From positions 65,906,001 to 65,970,000 of the forward strand of contig OX597819.1 of the NCBI GenBank assembly GCA_951406725.2: 64,000 nucleotides of DNA, in the 5' to 3' direction. This document shows, piece after piece, positions 1 through 12,973 of the stretch; within the stretch, counting starts at the first letter, position 1; every line of letters begins with the position of its first letter. A program made the translations under genes and the position numbers. The notes beneath the pieces were generated by a model. The model had not been told where the DNA came from, searched no databases, and was given only the letters and a program-made list of their open reading frames with translations. The stretch comes from Octopus vulgaris. Its lineage: Eukaryota.

Positions 1-236
1 AGTGTTTCTCTCTTATCCTTTCGCTCGGGTCCACCACACACGTCTTTCACCATGGCCACCAGTACGATGAATACTGCCTTGCCTTCCCGGTTGAGGGAAG
101 GGGGCGGAGCAATTTTCCGGATAGACTCGGCCGACAGGCGAACTCGTCCTGCACGTGACAGCAGCCGTTCGGCATAAGCCCACAGGTCTGTAATGGTTGG
201 ACACTGCACGAATGCGTGCAGAACGGTTTCGTCGCT
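1..236 (-). mobile_element. L1/Tx1-clade LINE ORF2 C-terminal fragment (zf-RVT-like)
   Basis: Minus-strand translation DETVLHAFVQCPTITDLW...(frameshift)VWWTR matches the ETxxHxFxxCxxxxxxW motif that follows the RT in L1/Tx1 ORF2. Confidence 0.7.
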
Positions 237-340
237 AGATAGATATAATATCCTTACGTATTTCACATCCATTTTATTCCTCCACTTCATTCTGTATTTT
301 ATATCTTTTCCATAATAACTATTAAACATTTTCTTGCACC

Positions 341-388
341 GTCTCTAACGAAGATATATATAAAATATCCCAGAAACAGCTGTAAGAC
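341..388 (+). ncRNA. Degenerate minimal hammerhead ribozyme in a Penelope-like terminal remnant
   Basis: GTCT-CTAACGA-(stem II)-GAAAC-AGCT-GTA-AGAC: stem I GTCT/AGAC, palindromic stem III, core G5 mutated. Same family as the copy at 18918. Confidence 0.5.
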
Positions 389-452
389 CTCTTTATAAAT
401 GTTCTAGAAACTATTCCCAGCCTTGGACTTTTTATCTCATTCTGTTCGTTCT

Positions 453-487
<35 letters not shown>

Positions 488-520
488 TTGTGTGTGTATG
501 TGTGTGTGTTTGTGTGTGAA

Positions 521-830
521 GGCGCATGGCTCAATGGTTAGAGCGTCGAGCTGACGATCGTGAGTTTGCGAATTCGAATCCCGGACCGCGCTGCATGTTG
601 TGTTCTTAAGCAAGACACATTATTTCACGTTGCTCCAGTTCACTTAGCTGTAGAAATGAGCTATATCAGTCTTTGCCTTTCCCTTGGATAACATAGGTGG
701 TGTGGAAACGGGAGGCCGGTATGCATGGGCGACTGCTGGTCTTCCATAAAACAACCTTGCCAGGACTTGTGCCTGGGAGGGTTACTTTCTAGGTGCAATT
801 CCATGGTCAGTCATACCGAAGGCGGTCTCA
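521..830 (+). mobile_element. tRNA-derived SINE (family D here)
   Basis: A box TGGCTCAATGGTTAG, B-box-like ATTCGAATCCC, body GTGTTCTTAAGCAAGACAC. Related copy at ~59915-60075 (-). Confidence 0.8.
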
Positions 831-854
831 GTGTATGTGTATTCGGTTATAAGA

Positions 855-962
855 GACCGATAGAATAAGTACTAGGCTTACAAAGAATAAGTCCTGGGAT
901 GGATTTGCTCGACTAAAGGCAGTGCTCCAGCATGGCCACAGTCAAATGACTGAAAGAAGTAA
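855..962 (+). mobile_element. 3' part of SINE family A
   Basis: ACCGATAGAATAAGTACTAGGCTTACAAAGAATAAGTCC...GACTGAAA, shared with full copies at 47627 and 58015. Confidence 0.8.
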
Positions 963-976
963 AAAAAAAAGTAAAG

Positions 977-1034
<58 letters not shown>

Positions 1035-1035
1035 C

Positions 1036-1082
<47 letters not shown>

Positions 1083-1637
1083 TACAGAGAAGTATATGGA
1101 CTCTTATCTTCGTGTATGATAATTGTTTACCATTTTCATATTCAAATGTGTCAGATGGTTGCAAATATATGAAGAATGAATGAACCAATATTTTATGTAT
1201 ATGTTTATGTGAGACTATATATACGTGTGTATGTGTATGTGTAGGCGTGCGTGCGTGTTTTTGAGAGCGTTCTGTTCTACATTCTGAGGTCGATAGTTGT
1301 TAAGACAAGCAGAATATTCTAGAAGGTGTCAATGGTACTGCCTGCCAATGGATTTAATGCATCAGTGCGCATGACTAACTTCCAACGTTGATGTGTTTGG
1401 TCGTCATCATAGCCCTTCTATAGTCAGTGATTGGTTTGTTCAGGTTAAGTCTATGTATGCATATATCCACTCACACATACGCATACACACAATCTCATAC
1501 GCACACACATATGCTCACAGACATGACATAGATATAAATATATAAATATATCTTCAAGATTTCCCGTTATGCGACTGGCAGCTGACACGTGTGCATTTCA
1601 CTGTGTTACCTTATGCACAGACATAGGAATATACTTT

Positions 1638-1654
1638 GTATATATATATATACA

Positions 1655-1700
<46 letters not shown>

Positions 1701-1725
1701 CATACATACATATATGTCATGCATG

Positions 1726-1761
<36 letters not shown>

Positions 1762-1786
1762 CATACATACATATATGTCATGCATG

Positions 1787-1820
<34 letters not shown>

Positions 1821-1953
1821 CATACATACATATATGTCATGCATGTGTATATATATATATATATATATTTATATATACATACATGCATATATGTCATGCA
1901 TGTATATATATATATATATTTATATATACATACATGCATATATGTCATGCATG

Positions 1954-1993
<40 letters not shown>

Positions 1994-2134
1994 CATACAT
2001 ATATGTCATGCATGTATATATATATATATATATATGCATACATACACACACATATACATATATATATACATACAGACATACATGCATATATGTATGTATA
2101 TATATATATGTATGTGTATATTTGTGTGTATATA

Positions 2135-2170
<36 letters not shown>

Positions 2171-2241
2171 CACACACACATTTATATATACATACATATA
2201 TATATATATATACACATATATATACACACACACATATATAT
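1638..2241. repeat. Compound minisatellite (~60-bp unit with TACATATATGTCATGCATG plus (TA)n)
   Basis: About six units of the constant motif separated by variable (TA)n. Confidence 0.85.
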
Positions 2242-3441
2242 AAGAGTTCAGGTGTAGGAAACAGGGATAACCTGACACATATGTGCCTCATATAAACACA
2301 TTTACATATAATCCATTGTTGACAGGTACAGACATTGGAACTCCAACATATTCAACATACATTAAACATGCAATATAACACATACTTGCTTGTGCGTGCG
2401 TGCGTGCGTGCGTGTGTGTTTATGTGTATGTGCGTGCGTGTATTTATTATATCGTATTTGTATCAGTATTTTGATATCAAGCCATGTGTACCTTGAGCAG
2501 TTAGAGGTTTCAATGGCAGTTCGTGTTGACAAAAGATGATATGTAAATGTGTACATATGACGTATAAAAGGCGGCTTATCCTTGTTTACTACACCTCAAC
2601 GATTGCATGCATGAATGCACTTGAATGTATAGACATTAGTATATGACTGTGTGTGTGTTTGTGTGTGCGTTTCTCTGTGTTTCTGTGTATGTGTGTGCCT
2701 AATCACGCACGCATGCATACACGTACACATACACTAAAATATGCACATATACATTAAAATCATCTTAATGTACGTAGAAATGCCTACCGATCACGCACAC
2801 ACACACACACACACACACACATATTCATAGGTATGCTTGTGTATGTATATCAAGTGTGTGTATGTGTGTGTTTGTGAATATTTGTGTGTGTGTGTGTGTG
2901 TGTGTGCATTTACATATAGACATACACATATTCATGTAAATATGTAGTACTCTCAATCGACATATTACTTACGCACAGGCATGCATGCAAGCAGACATTT
3001 AGGTGTGCGTATATCAATTGTGTGTGTGTGTGTGGCTGTTTATTTCGAATTTTTCCCCAATGGAGAGACTACCGGATCTAGCCCAGAAACAATAGTCTGT
3101 CATTGGAGTATTGACAACATCAAACACCGTAGTCTTGTTTGTATGCATGTGTACATGAATGTATGTATGTATGTTATTATTCACTTTCATTTGAAGATTC
3201 CTTGGCAATAGAGAAAGAGCCGTTTCGTAACCTAGATCCAAGGTTTCTTCATTGGAATTTCAATGTTTATATCTATGTGTGTGTGTATGCGTGTATGTAT
3301 GTACGTATGCATGTCTGAATGTATGGATGTCATTATTCAGTTTTATTTTAAGATTTCTTGTCAATAGAGAAAGAGCCGGTTTCTAATCTAGATCCAAGGT
3401 TCTTTCACAGGAATTTCAACATCAACAACAGGTTATTTTTG

Positions 3442-3487
<46 letters not shown>

Positions 3488-3647
3488 CGTATGTGTATAT
3501 ATGTATGTATGTATGTTTGTATGCAAGTATGTATGTATGTATGTATGTATGTATGTATGTATGTATGTATGTATGAGTGTTTGTATGTGATATTCATTTT
3601 TATTTCAAGATCTCTAGCCAATAGCGAAAGAGCTTTTTTCTAACCTA

Positions 3648-5229
3648 CACTGGCGAAAATAAATTTAAGACCGATGATAAAAGTTCTATTTCTTACAAAA
3701 TATTTTGATACTAACACCATACAAATTATATTTCTACCTTTTACACCTTATGCAGAATTTATTTCTCTTTCGAATGATGCAGACAATAACTATTTTTGTA
3801 CAACTTGAAGAATTCTAATGCCAAATTAATATAAACGTTTCAAATTTACCGGCAAAAGTAGTTTATGACCGTATCATTATAATTTTATTTAAAGCTTAAG
3901 ATTGTAGCAAAAATGAGCAACAAGAACGAAATACATATTAGTACTTTATTCTTAATTAACGGCTGAACAACGCCTCGGCATTGAATTCGCTAAATGATTA
4001 CAAAATTCTATGGGAATGTTTTGCCATATTTCATTGATATAATCGAATAATTGTTTTAGATTAGATGGGGATTTTTTTATCATGGACTTTTTAGAAAACA
4101 TAATTCCACAAGTTCTCGATCGGATTCAGGTCCGGGCTCTGGAGAGGTCATTCGATTACGTCAATAGTATGGTGATCAAAAAATTTCATAAAATTTTTGG
4201 GCTTTGTGAACAGGACTATTGTCTTGCTGATAAATAACCCTCAGATGCATTTGGTGAGTCAAATAAGGCACAACATTATCCTTTAGTAGATTCACATAAC
4301 CTACACTTTTTAGCTTTCCATCAACTTTAGCTAAAGGGCCAACACCAAAGCTACTAAATGTTGCCCACACCATCACACCCAAACTCCCCGCTTGCACCAT
4401 CTTTTTCACGCATTTCGGATGGAATTGCTCGGTTGGGCGACGTCTGACGTATGTTTTACCATCTGATCCAAATATACAAAAGCGTGACTCGTCACTCCAA
4501 AAGGATCCTGCACCAATCTTCGGCAGTCCATTGAGCATGACATTTTGCGAAATTAAGGCGTTTGAGTCGTTTTCTTTCGGATATTATTGGCTTTTTCCTG
4601 GCGATTCGTACATGTAGTCCAAATTCTCTCAAACGGTTGCGGACGGTTTATGATGTAAAAATAACACCATTCTCATTGGACAATTGTTTACAAATGTCAA
4701 CGGCTGTCAGCATTCGGTTGCCTTCCGAAAGTCGGTGGATTCGACGGTCTAACTGCGCTGTCGTTTTTCTTGGGGAGGCTAGTCATTTGCCGATCTTTAT
4801 ATTGACCAGTCTCCGAGTATAACTTCTACGCTTGCACGCAAGCCATTTTACTGCACTTAAGTTGCGTGCTGGTGGAGTAATATGATTTTTGCTCTCGTTA
4901 CGTTGTTTTCCCATTATTAATCAATTGTATAATAACGTTAAATTATAACACTATTTAGTGCAGTTAGGTTAGGTGTGTGAACACCCATTTTGGCAAAAGA
5001 TTTGCATACATATTACATGGTCTTAAACGGTAAATTTGAAACGTTTATATTAATTTAGCATTAGAATTCTTCAAGTTGTATAAAAATAATTATTGTCTGC
5101 ATCATTCGAAAGAGAAATAAATTTTGCATAAGGTGTAACAGATAAAAATAATTTGTATGGTGTTAGTAACAAAATATTTTGTAACGAATAGAACTTTTAT
5201 CATCGGTCTTAAATTTATTTTCGCCAGTG
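3648..5229 (-). mobile_element. Full-length Tc1-family DNA transposon (1582 bp)
   Basis: ~200-bp TIRs (CACTGGCGAAAATAAATTTAAGACCGATG at 3648, inverse ending 5229), TA duplication at 3646-47 and 5230-31, internal transposase. Confidence 0.95.
3930..4914 (-). pseudogene. Frameshifted Tc1-type DDE transposase
   Basis: ATG at 4914; motifs WSDESRF, GVMVWATF, QQDNSPVH, SPDLNPIENLW and SMPRRCSAV spread over several frames. Confidence 0.92.
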
Positions 5230-5957
5230 TAGATCCAAAGTTCCTTCATGGGAAGTTCAACGTCAACAGCGGGGTATTTTTGAATGTATGTATGTATGTA
5301 TGTATGTATGTATTTATGTATGTATGTATGTATGTATGCATGCATGCATGCATGTATGTATGTCGTTATTCAGTTTTATTTCAAAGTTTCTTGGCAATAA
5401 AGAGCCGGTCTCATACCTGGATCCTTGCCTCCTTTATTGGAATTTCAACAGGGTATTTTTGTATGCATGTATGTATATGTGCAGACTTTGTTTTATGTAG
5501 GTCTTCTCATGCATATACTTGCATATCTAGACATGTATGTATGTATGTATGTATGTATGTATGTATGTATGTATGTATGTATGTATGGTATGTATGTATG
5601 TATGTATGTAAGCATTCGCACACGTTTGGGTGTATGAAGGAATGTGCTTACGCATTGACGCAAATGTAGATAGCATTGACTACGTGGATCTTAATAATTG
5701 CTGAACTTCATCGATGTTAAGCATATTTTGACGGTACCATTTAGAGCCTTTAGCTGTAATCTTCTGATTAAAAAATGGCGCTTTAAGCCGGATGACGTGT
5801 TAATTTTACCACCCACGCAAGCCATCGGATGATTTGAATTGAGGACCGCTAAGATCCAGAACAAATACAGCAAGGCATCAGATCCGATGTCCTTACACTT
5901 TCATCATTCAACAACTACGGATTGCTATTTTTTAATCGGCTCCGAAAGAATAAATCT

Positions 5958-6200
5958 CTGGCTTAATGATTAGGGCGTTGCAATGAAGATTGCTACTTCG
6001 TTGTTTCGATTCTCGGTCAAGGTGATGCATTGTGTTTTTGCGTAAAACATTTCATTTTCCATTGCTCTATTCTACTCAGCTGTGAAATAAGCAATCCGGT
6101 GACAGACTGGCGTCCCATCCAGGTGGGTTGCTGTGATCTCAGTCACATATACATCAGGGAAATTGCGTTTCTGGCCCTATAAAACTCGGGACCCTAATGG
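5958..6200 (+). mobile_element. Degenerate tRNA-derived SINE
   Basis: TGGCTTAATGATTAG A box, GTTTCGATTC B box, GACAGACTGGCGTCCCATCCAGG body. Confidence 0.55.
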
Positions 6201-6376
6201 TCATATGAAGATGATGGTGGTGATGGTGATGATGATGGTGATGATGATGATGATGATGATGATGAAAGAATAAATGGTTAAGTTTACCTAGCGGCATTTT
6301 AACTCAGAATGAAGACAATCGGTTTCGAATACTTCTGACGTCCTAACAACTTTACCCGTTCGCTGCAGGAAAGAGT

Positions 6377-6760
6377 GGCACTCCGTCGGTTACGACGACG
6401 AGAGTTCCAGTTGATCCGGATCAACGGAACAACCTGCTCGTGAAATTAACGTGCAAGTGGCTGAGCACTCCACAGACAGGTGTACCCTTGACGTAGTTCT
6501 TGGGGAGATTCAGCGTGACACAAAGTGTGACAAGGCTGGCCCATTAATATACATGTACAACAGAAACAGGAAGAATGAGTGAGAGAAAGTTGAGGTGAAA
6601 TAGCACAGCAGGGTTCGCCATCACCTCCTGCCGGAACATCGTGGAACTTTAGGTGTTTTCGCTCAACAAACACTCTCAGCGCCCAGTTTAGGAATCGAAA
6701 CTGCGATCCTACGACCGTGAGTCCGCTGCCCCAACCACTGAGCCATTGCGCCTCCACATA
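6377..6760 (-). mobile_element. tRNA-derived SINE (family C)
   Basis: Minus-strand head GGCGCAATGGCTCAGTGGTT...GTTTCGATTCC; tail CGTCGTAACCGACGGAGTGCC shared with 9160-9487 and 55220-55580. Confidence 0.85.
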
Positions 6761-7309
6761 GGAAAGAGTACAGTGGTTTCAAATCCAATATAAAAAGGTT
6801 ACATTTCAAAATGTAACATTTTATTAAACCTGCAGTTATAAAATATAATTATTATGGATTCATAAAAACTGTTCCAAAATGTAAAACTGGGCGGAGTTTG
6901 GAAATTATCACCCAATCATAAATCTATTTTGTTTTTATTTTCTTTTGTTTTGTCCTCTTTTGTTTTTCGTTGTTTTGTTTTTGCTTTGCTTTTTCAAAAT
7001 TATCTTTGAATTTTTACATTCTAACTACGTCTGTAATTAATTCAAACAAGTAATTAGAAAGATAAATAATGAAATATAAAGTGTTCCTAAAATTCACAAT
7101 TAATAGAAAAAGTAGTATTTAAATAAAATTAAATCAAGAATATATTGATTTAAAAAAAATTTTTTTTTCTGCGTTTCAAATTTCGTTCGTTTTTCTGTAG
7201 GCCGCACTTAACCCTTCAAAAAGTTGAGGGCTCCACGTTTCTGCTCTGTAATATCTAGAAATAGCCGTCAACTTTGCCTCAAATTACTCTTGGATAATAG
7301 AAAACGCTT

Positions 7310-7680
7310 TAAGAAGGTTGCTTCCCAGCCACATCGTTCCGAGTTCAGCCCCCGCAGAGAGACACATTCGAGAAATACCTGCTATGGCCTTGGACATATC
7401 AAAACCTTCAGGAATTGTTTGGTAGACGGACACCGAAAGAAGTCTGTCGTATGTGTATGTCTGTGTGTGCGTGTGCATTTGTATTTGTCCTTCGTCATTG
7501 CTTGACAACCGCTGTTGGTGTGTTAACGTCCACATGACTTAGCGGTTCGACACAAGATGACGATAAAGTTGGTACCAACCTAAAAGAATAAATGCTGGGA
7601 TCGATTCATTCGACTAAAAATTCTTCAAGGTGGTGCCACAGCATGGCCACCGTCTAACAACTGTCAAACAGAAGATAGAA
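7310..7680 (+). mobile_element. Degenerate SINE family A
   Basis: GGTAGACGGA..GAAAGAAG, internal (TG)n, GCTTGACAACCG and AGCATGGCC segments. Confidence 0.75.
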
Positions 7681-7781
7681 GATATACAGGATATATTAGT
7701 TATTAATGTCCTTAGATATGCCTTTTGAATAATAGACTAGATGGTCATGGTTAGAACGCTTGCTTCAGCACTTTCTCATTT

Positions 7782-8645
7782 AGACACAAGGCCCGTAATT
7801 TTAAGGAGAGAATGTTATTCGATTAAAGAAAAGCCAGTACTTGACTGGTACCTTTTCTTTTATTATCCACCTCTGAGGAATAAACTACAAATTTAACATC
7901 TGTGGGATTTGAACTCAGCGCGTGAAGGGACGAAACAAATACTGCAAAGCTCTTTTCCAACCCTCTAGTACTTCTTTCCTAGTTTAGACACAAGGCCCGA
8001 AATTTTCGGGGAGGGAGCCAGTCGATCAGGCAGACGAAATACCTAATTCTTTACTACCCACAAGGGGCTAAACACAGAGAGGACAAACAAGGACAGATAA
8101 ACGGATTAAGTCGATTATATCAACCCCCAGTGCGTAACTGGTACTTAATTTATCGACCCCGAAAGGATGAAAGGCAAAGTTGATCTCGGCGGAATTTGAA
8201 CTCAGAATGTAGCGGCAGACGAAATACCTATTTCTCTACTACTCACAAGGGGCTAAACACAGAGAGGACAAACAAGGACAGACAAACGGATTAAATCGAT
8301 TATATCGACCCCAGTGCGTAACTGGTACTTATTTAATCGACCCCGAAAGGATGAAAGGCAAAGTCGACCTCAGCGGAATTTGAACTCAGAACGTAACGGC
8401 AGACGAAATACGGCTACGCATTTCGCCCGGCGTGCTAACGTTTCTTCCAGCTCGCTGCTTTAGTGAGTCGCTGTTCTGCTTTCCATGTTACTCATCCATA
8501 GTCGTCTGCTTGTATTGTACTCACAGCTAGTGTCAAGTATCCCGGGGAGATGAAAGGCAAAGCTGACCTCTGCGGAATTTGAACTTAGAACGTAAAGAGC
8601 TGGAATAAATACTGCCATGCATTCTCCCGACGTTCTCACAATTCT
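7782..8645 (-). mobile_element. Cluster of SINE family B copies including an internally duplicated copy (~7980-8460)
   Basis: Repeated GACCCCGAAAGGATGAAAGGCAAAGTCGACCTCGGCGGAATTTGAACTCAG; head (inverse of GGCGAGCTGG) near 8450. Confidence 0.85.
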
Positions 8646-9159
8646 GTATTAGTACTTAACCTGCTTTTAGAGTTTCTCTGCAGCAATGCTCTGCTTACCC
8701 TACACCCACAACTCCAATAAACACCCTACTCTTACCACATTTATAATTGTACGACTTTCCGACATTAACTTGAAAACCAGATTTTATAAACTATATTTTT
8801 ATTTTATTTTATTACATTTTGTTTTGTTTTTATTTGGTGTGATTTCTCACAATAAATGGAATATTATTAGATTCATTGTTTTCCCTCTCAGCACCAAAAC
8901 CATAGGATCGCAGCAGGAAATAGCAAAAGCAGCAAATCTCTTCAGAATAATAGGGATTTCTCTAAAGGGCTGAGTTCGTGAGAGAAAAGAACGCCCTAAA
9001 TAACTTCACATTATACAAATAGCACCTTGGTGTCTCAGTCGAGAATGTTAAGGGGTGATCAGTAAGAGCAAAAAACATAGTCATGGAATGAATCGACTCA
9101 CTAGAAATAACGACTAAATACCACTTAAATATATAGCTAGATAAAATGCATAAAAAGTT

Positions 9160-9487
9160 GCGTGGTTTAGTGGTTAGAGTATTTGTTTCGTGATCGTTAG
9201 GTCGGGAGTTCAGTTCTTGGCATCAAGTCCTTGAACAAGACATTTTATTTATTATTATTATTTTTTATTTTCTTCGCTCAACTCAGCTGGCAAAAGTGAG
9301 TTGTACCTGTAATTACAAAGGGTCAGTTTTGTCACATTGTCCATCGCGTTAAATCTCCCTTAAGAACTGCATTAAGTGTACGCATGTCTGTGGAGTGCTC
9401 AGCCATCTTCACGTCAATTTCATGAGTAGGCTGTTCCGTTGATCGGATCAACTGGAACGCTCGTCGTCATAACCGATGGAGTGCCAG
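9160..9487 (+). mobile_element. SINE family C copy
   Basis: GTGGTTTAGTGGTTAGAG head; tail CTGTTCCGTTGATCGGATCAACTGGAAC...GGAGTGCC. Confidence 0.8.
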
Positions 9488-10233
9488 GTGACATCACTGC
9501 TCCGTTAAATCTGGGTTGAATTGTGACTAAGCAACAGTAAATATGTCAACTCAATTTCTTGAAGACACGATTCTCAACTTCTCCTTTTACCATAACGGTT
9601 CAAATCACAGCCTAGTATTTAATATATTTTTGCTTTCTGCTTATTATTGTTAGTCTCCGGCCTCACAGCACAATAAAGTAATATTGAAACAGTTGATTTA
9701 CTCGACCCCATTATATAACTGGTCAATCTTTGCTTTTTATCGACACCCTAGGTTGTAGAGACGCAAGATTTAAACGAACGGCAATTCAACTCTGAGCGAA
9801 AAGAGACTAAAATAAACACCGCGAGGCATCAATAATTTAGCTATCAACTGTCCTTGATTTATAAACTGGTAATTTTTTTTCAAATAATCAATAATGACTT
9901 AAATCAGAGCGCGTTATAATTGCGTTTTTAATATATTAATTTTCGATTTATTAAATGAATTCCAATTTGAGAAATAGATGGCGTGACAGGAATATTTTCT
10001 ATGATTAGATATATATCTAATTATAATTAAATGGTTAGTTTGCGTGCTGGTATGCATGCGTGTGTGTGTGTGCGGTGTGTGTGCGGTGTGTGTGTGTGTG
10101 TGTCACAAACATTTATATACAAATATGTTCCTGAAAATGTGCATATTATATGCATATAAACATATATATACACACATATACACACACACAAACACATTGT
10201 ACATACATATAAACATACATATATATATACATA

Positions 10234-10269
<36 letters not shown>

Positions 10270-11169
10270 TGTATGTATATGTATGTATATATATGTATGT
10301 AAGTATGCATTCTTCTATGCTTTGGCTGTATATCGGTAGATAGCTATGCGTATACGTTTATACACATGTGTATATATATATATATGTATATAATTATGTG
10401 TGTGCTTTGTTGTTGTTGTTGTAACTAGACATACGCTACCCTCGCAAGACGCATCTTTATTCATCTTCTCAGGCATTTATTTACTGATTATGCTCTGCAA
10501 TCAATTAGAAATTATTCAAAGCCGGAACCATACACATATCAATATATTCATATATACATTCATACAAACGCACATATATGCATTCTTTTTGATATACCTA
10601 TGTACATGCATACCCACGGCGGAGAGATGAAAACAGATATATCTTTCTTTTCGTCTGCTTAATTCTCAAATACGTCAGCTGAATTCAATTCGTTTCGAGT
10701 CGAAAGACGCCTGTTGTTATGTCCTATTATTATTATTATTATTATTGCTTTTTTTGTATTTATATTCGTATTATTTTGGGGGGGTTTTTTGTATTTATAT
10801 TAGTGTAACATCGTCGGTTTTTCTGTCCCTGTTTCGTATACATTCGATCCTTTTCCCAAAGAATCTAATGCTCTTAGCTTAGTTTTTCCTTGGGGCTAGC
10901 CAGAGTGGAGCAATCTTAAGATTAATCAGCCGAAATTGCGAGGATCATCCGGATCTTGGCTGAAGATTAGAGGCTTCGAATGACACGTCCGTGTTTTTTG
11001 TATCGTCTATTTGGATGGTTTGCGTTCTTGTCTCATTTTGTATTATATATATGTTCAATTCAGATAGTTTTTGTCGAAAGTGACTGATTTAGCCACTTCG
11101 CCAACACCAAATGGAATGTAAAGAGAGAAATGGATACACTATGAGACAACTCAACAAGTATATATTCTA

Positions 11170-11410
11170 TTCTATTCTAGGTACAATGCTCATAATTTGA
11201 GGGGAGGTGGCATGTCGATTAGATCGACCTCAGTGGTACTTAATTTACCAACCCCGAAAGGATAAAAGCAAGGTCGACCTCGGCGGAATTTGAACTCAGA
11301 GCGTAAAGACACACAAAATACCCATTTCTTTACTAAGAACGTAACGGCAGACGAAATACGGCTACGCATTTCGTTCGGCGTGTTAACGTTTCTGACAGCT
11401 CGCCACCTTC
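11170..11410 (-). mobile_element. SINE family B copy
   Basis: CCCCGAAAGGATAAAAGCAAGGTCGACCTCGGCGGAATTTGAACTC; head inverse at ~11400. Confidence 0.8.
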
Positions 11411-11539
11411 ACCAAGAAAATAATATCATGAGATTAAATGAGTAACTTCTGTACGGGTATAACTGTTCCGTGTTATAGGCTGGGGTGGCTGGATTGACTT
11501 ACGTAAATAGTCTTGGAGTACTGTTCATCGTACAATCAG

Positions 11540-12330
11540 AAGGTAATTTATTCCGTAACTTAGAGAATGTGGCAACGTCGTAAGCCTTTTTGAAGTCTAT
11601 CCAGGCCATGCATAAGATTTTTGGTACCGTTTACAGTTTTTCATTATAACCTTGTCTATCATAAGGTGGTCCTTGGTGCCCTTGGATCCTTTTCAGCATC
11701 TCTTTTGTTCTACTGGCAGTAGATTGTTTTCCGTAAGGAACGATTTTATATTTTCCCTACGAGTCTACCTGTAAATACTTCCCATAAGAGGTGGAGACAA
11801 GCAATGGGTCGGTTATTGCCAACCTCATTGCTCTTTGACCGATCTTTCATTAACGATGTTGTTCTTCCCTCTGCCATCCACTCCGGAACTTCACCGCGCT
11901 GAATGCAATTGTCTAATAGCAAATCAATTCTCTTGCCTATTGACCTAAACCACTTGAGCCATTAGCCTTAAATGCTGTCTGATCCTGCGGCTTTCCAGTT
12001 TGGCAGTTTTGATACTTGTGCTGTGACACCTTCCGTTGTTATACGCACATGGTCCTGTCGTGGAGCCTCCGGGTGATGTAGTTCGGATCTCACGGAACGA
12101 ATCCACTCAACACTGTGGTTCTGCCAAACTTCTTGCCCCCAAATGTTATTCCAAAATTCGCGGGTTTCTTCTGCTTCAGGAGGTATATTATCTTCTGTAT
12201 TTCCTCCTAAGCCCTTAAAAATCTGCCTCTGATTATTTGGGAATAACCGGTTTTGCTGGAACTGCGATATGCACTCAGTGTAGCGCTGCACCTTTAACAA
12301 ATTTTTGCTGTTCTCATATTTGGTGTCTCC
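11540..12330 (-). mobile_element. R4/Dong-clade non-LTR retrotransposon RT fragment (decayed)
   Basis: Translations QQNRLF, EETREFWNNIW, KLPNWKAAGSDSI, NRPIACL and AWIDFKKAYD, with frameshifts. Confidence 0.85.
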
Positions 12331-12374
12331 TGATATTTGTCTATAATACTGAAGTGGGTATTTTTGTTTTGTTC

Positions 12375-12678
12375 ACAAAGATCTTATGGTTACAGGTACA
12401 TTTGTCGTTCTCAGACGCCATATTTATCAGACCTCTGTATCAAAGTTCTTATATTTACTTAACTTTTTGACATAATTTTGCACAAGTGTTGAAGTCATCT
12501 GAAATTGACATATCTATGAGACGCGTTTTGAGAACGTGATTTTATTTACCACAATATCTGGTCTATTAGTCGGAATAGCACGATCAGGGTGAATATATCC
12601 CTAAGAACGATAATAACTTTATTCTCTTCTACTTTAGCAGGCATATTTTTCCACCAGTTCTTCTCGTAGCTCTTCTCA
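12375..12678 (-). mobile_element. R4/Dong restriction-like endonuclease fragment
   Basis: HPDRAIPTNRPDIVV...LIDMSISDD...KLSKY (PD-(D/E)xK REL motif), abutting an (ATT)n tract at 12683-12730. Confidence 0.75.
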
Positions 12679-12682
12679 TAAG

Positions 12683-12731
<49 letters not shown>

Positions 12732-12931
12732 TTTAAAAAGGATTGACCTAACTCTTCACAAAGGTAAACAGTCAAGATGAAGAGCGCGATTAGATTTTAA
12801 GATATTTTTATTACTTGAAAGATATTCCAACGGTACGTCTGTCTTTGTCAAGTTCAAAATAAGAAGTGATAAAAATTCAAAATTACAGAAATTTAAACGT
12901 AAAGTATGAACGAGAGCAATCAGCGTCCACA

Positions 12932-12973
<42 letters not shown>

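Larger units (their letters stand above)
3040..5470. repeat. Tandem array of ~110-bp units separated by (TATG)n/(TG)n, one unit split by a Tc1 insertion
   Basis: Unit TATTTCAAGATTTCTTGGCAATAGAGAAAGAGCCGGTTTCTAACCTAGATCCAAGG...GGAATTTCAAC at ~3040 (degenerate), 3175, 3330, 3590/5230 and 5365. Confidence 0.8.

Noticed and set aside
521-595. tRNA gene candidates at SINE heads (also 6690-6760, 19432-19497, 61590-61660)
   Set aside because: No convincing acceptor stem or cloverleaf, and each runs straight into a repeated SINE body.
1569-2295. Long ORFs rich in YI/YV/HT (also ~15.8-17.6 kb, 21.8-22.8 kb, 32-34 kb, 39 kb, 42.6-43.4 kb, 61.7-62.4 kb)
   Set aside because: They are translations of (TA)n/(CA)n/(TATG)n microsatellites, open in several frames on both strands.
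10920-10995. GAAA...CTGAAGA as a hammerhead
   Set aside because: The CUGA is sequestered in a CAGCC/GGCTG hairpin and no consistent three-stem fold could be drawn.
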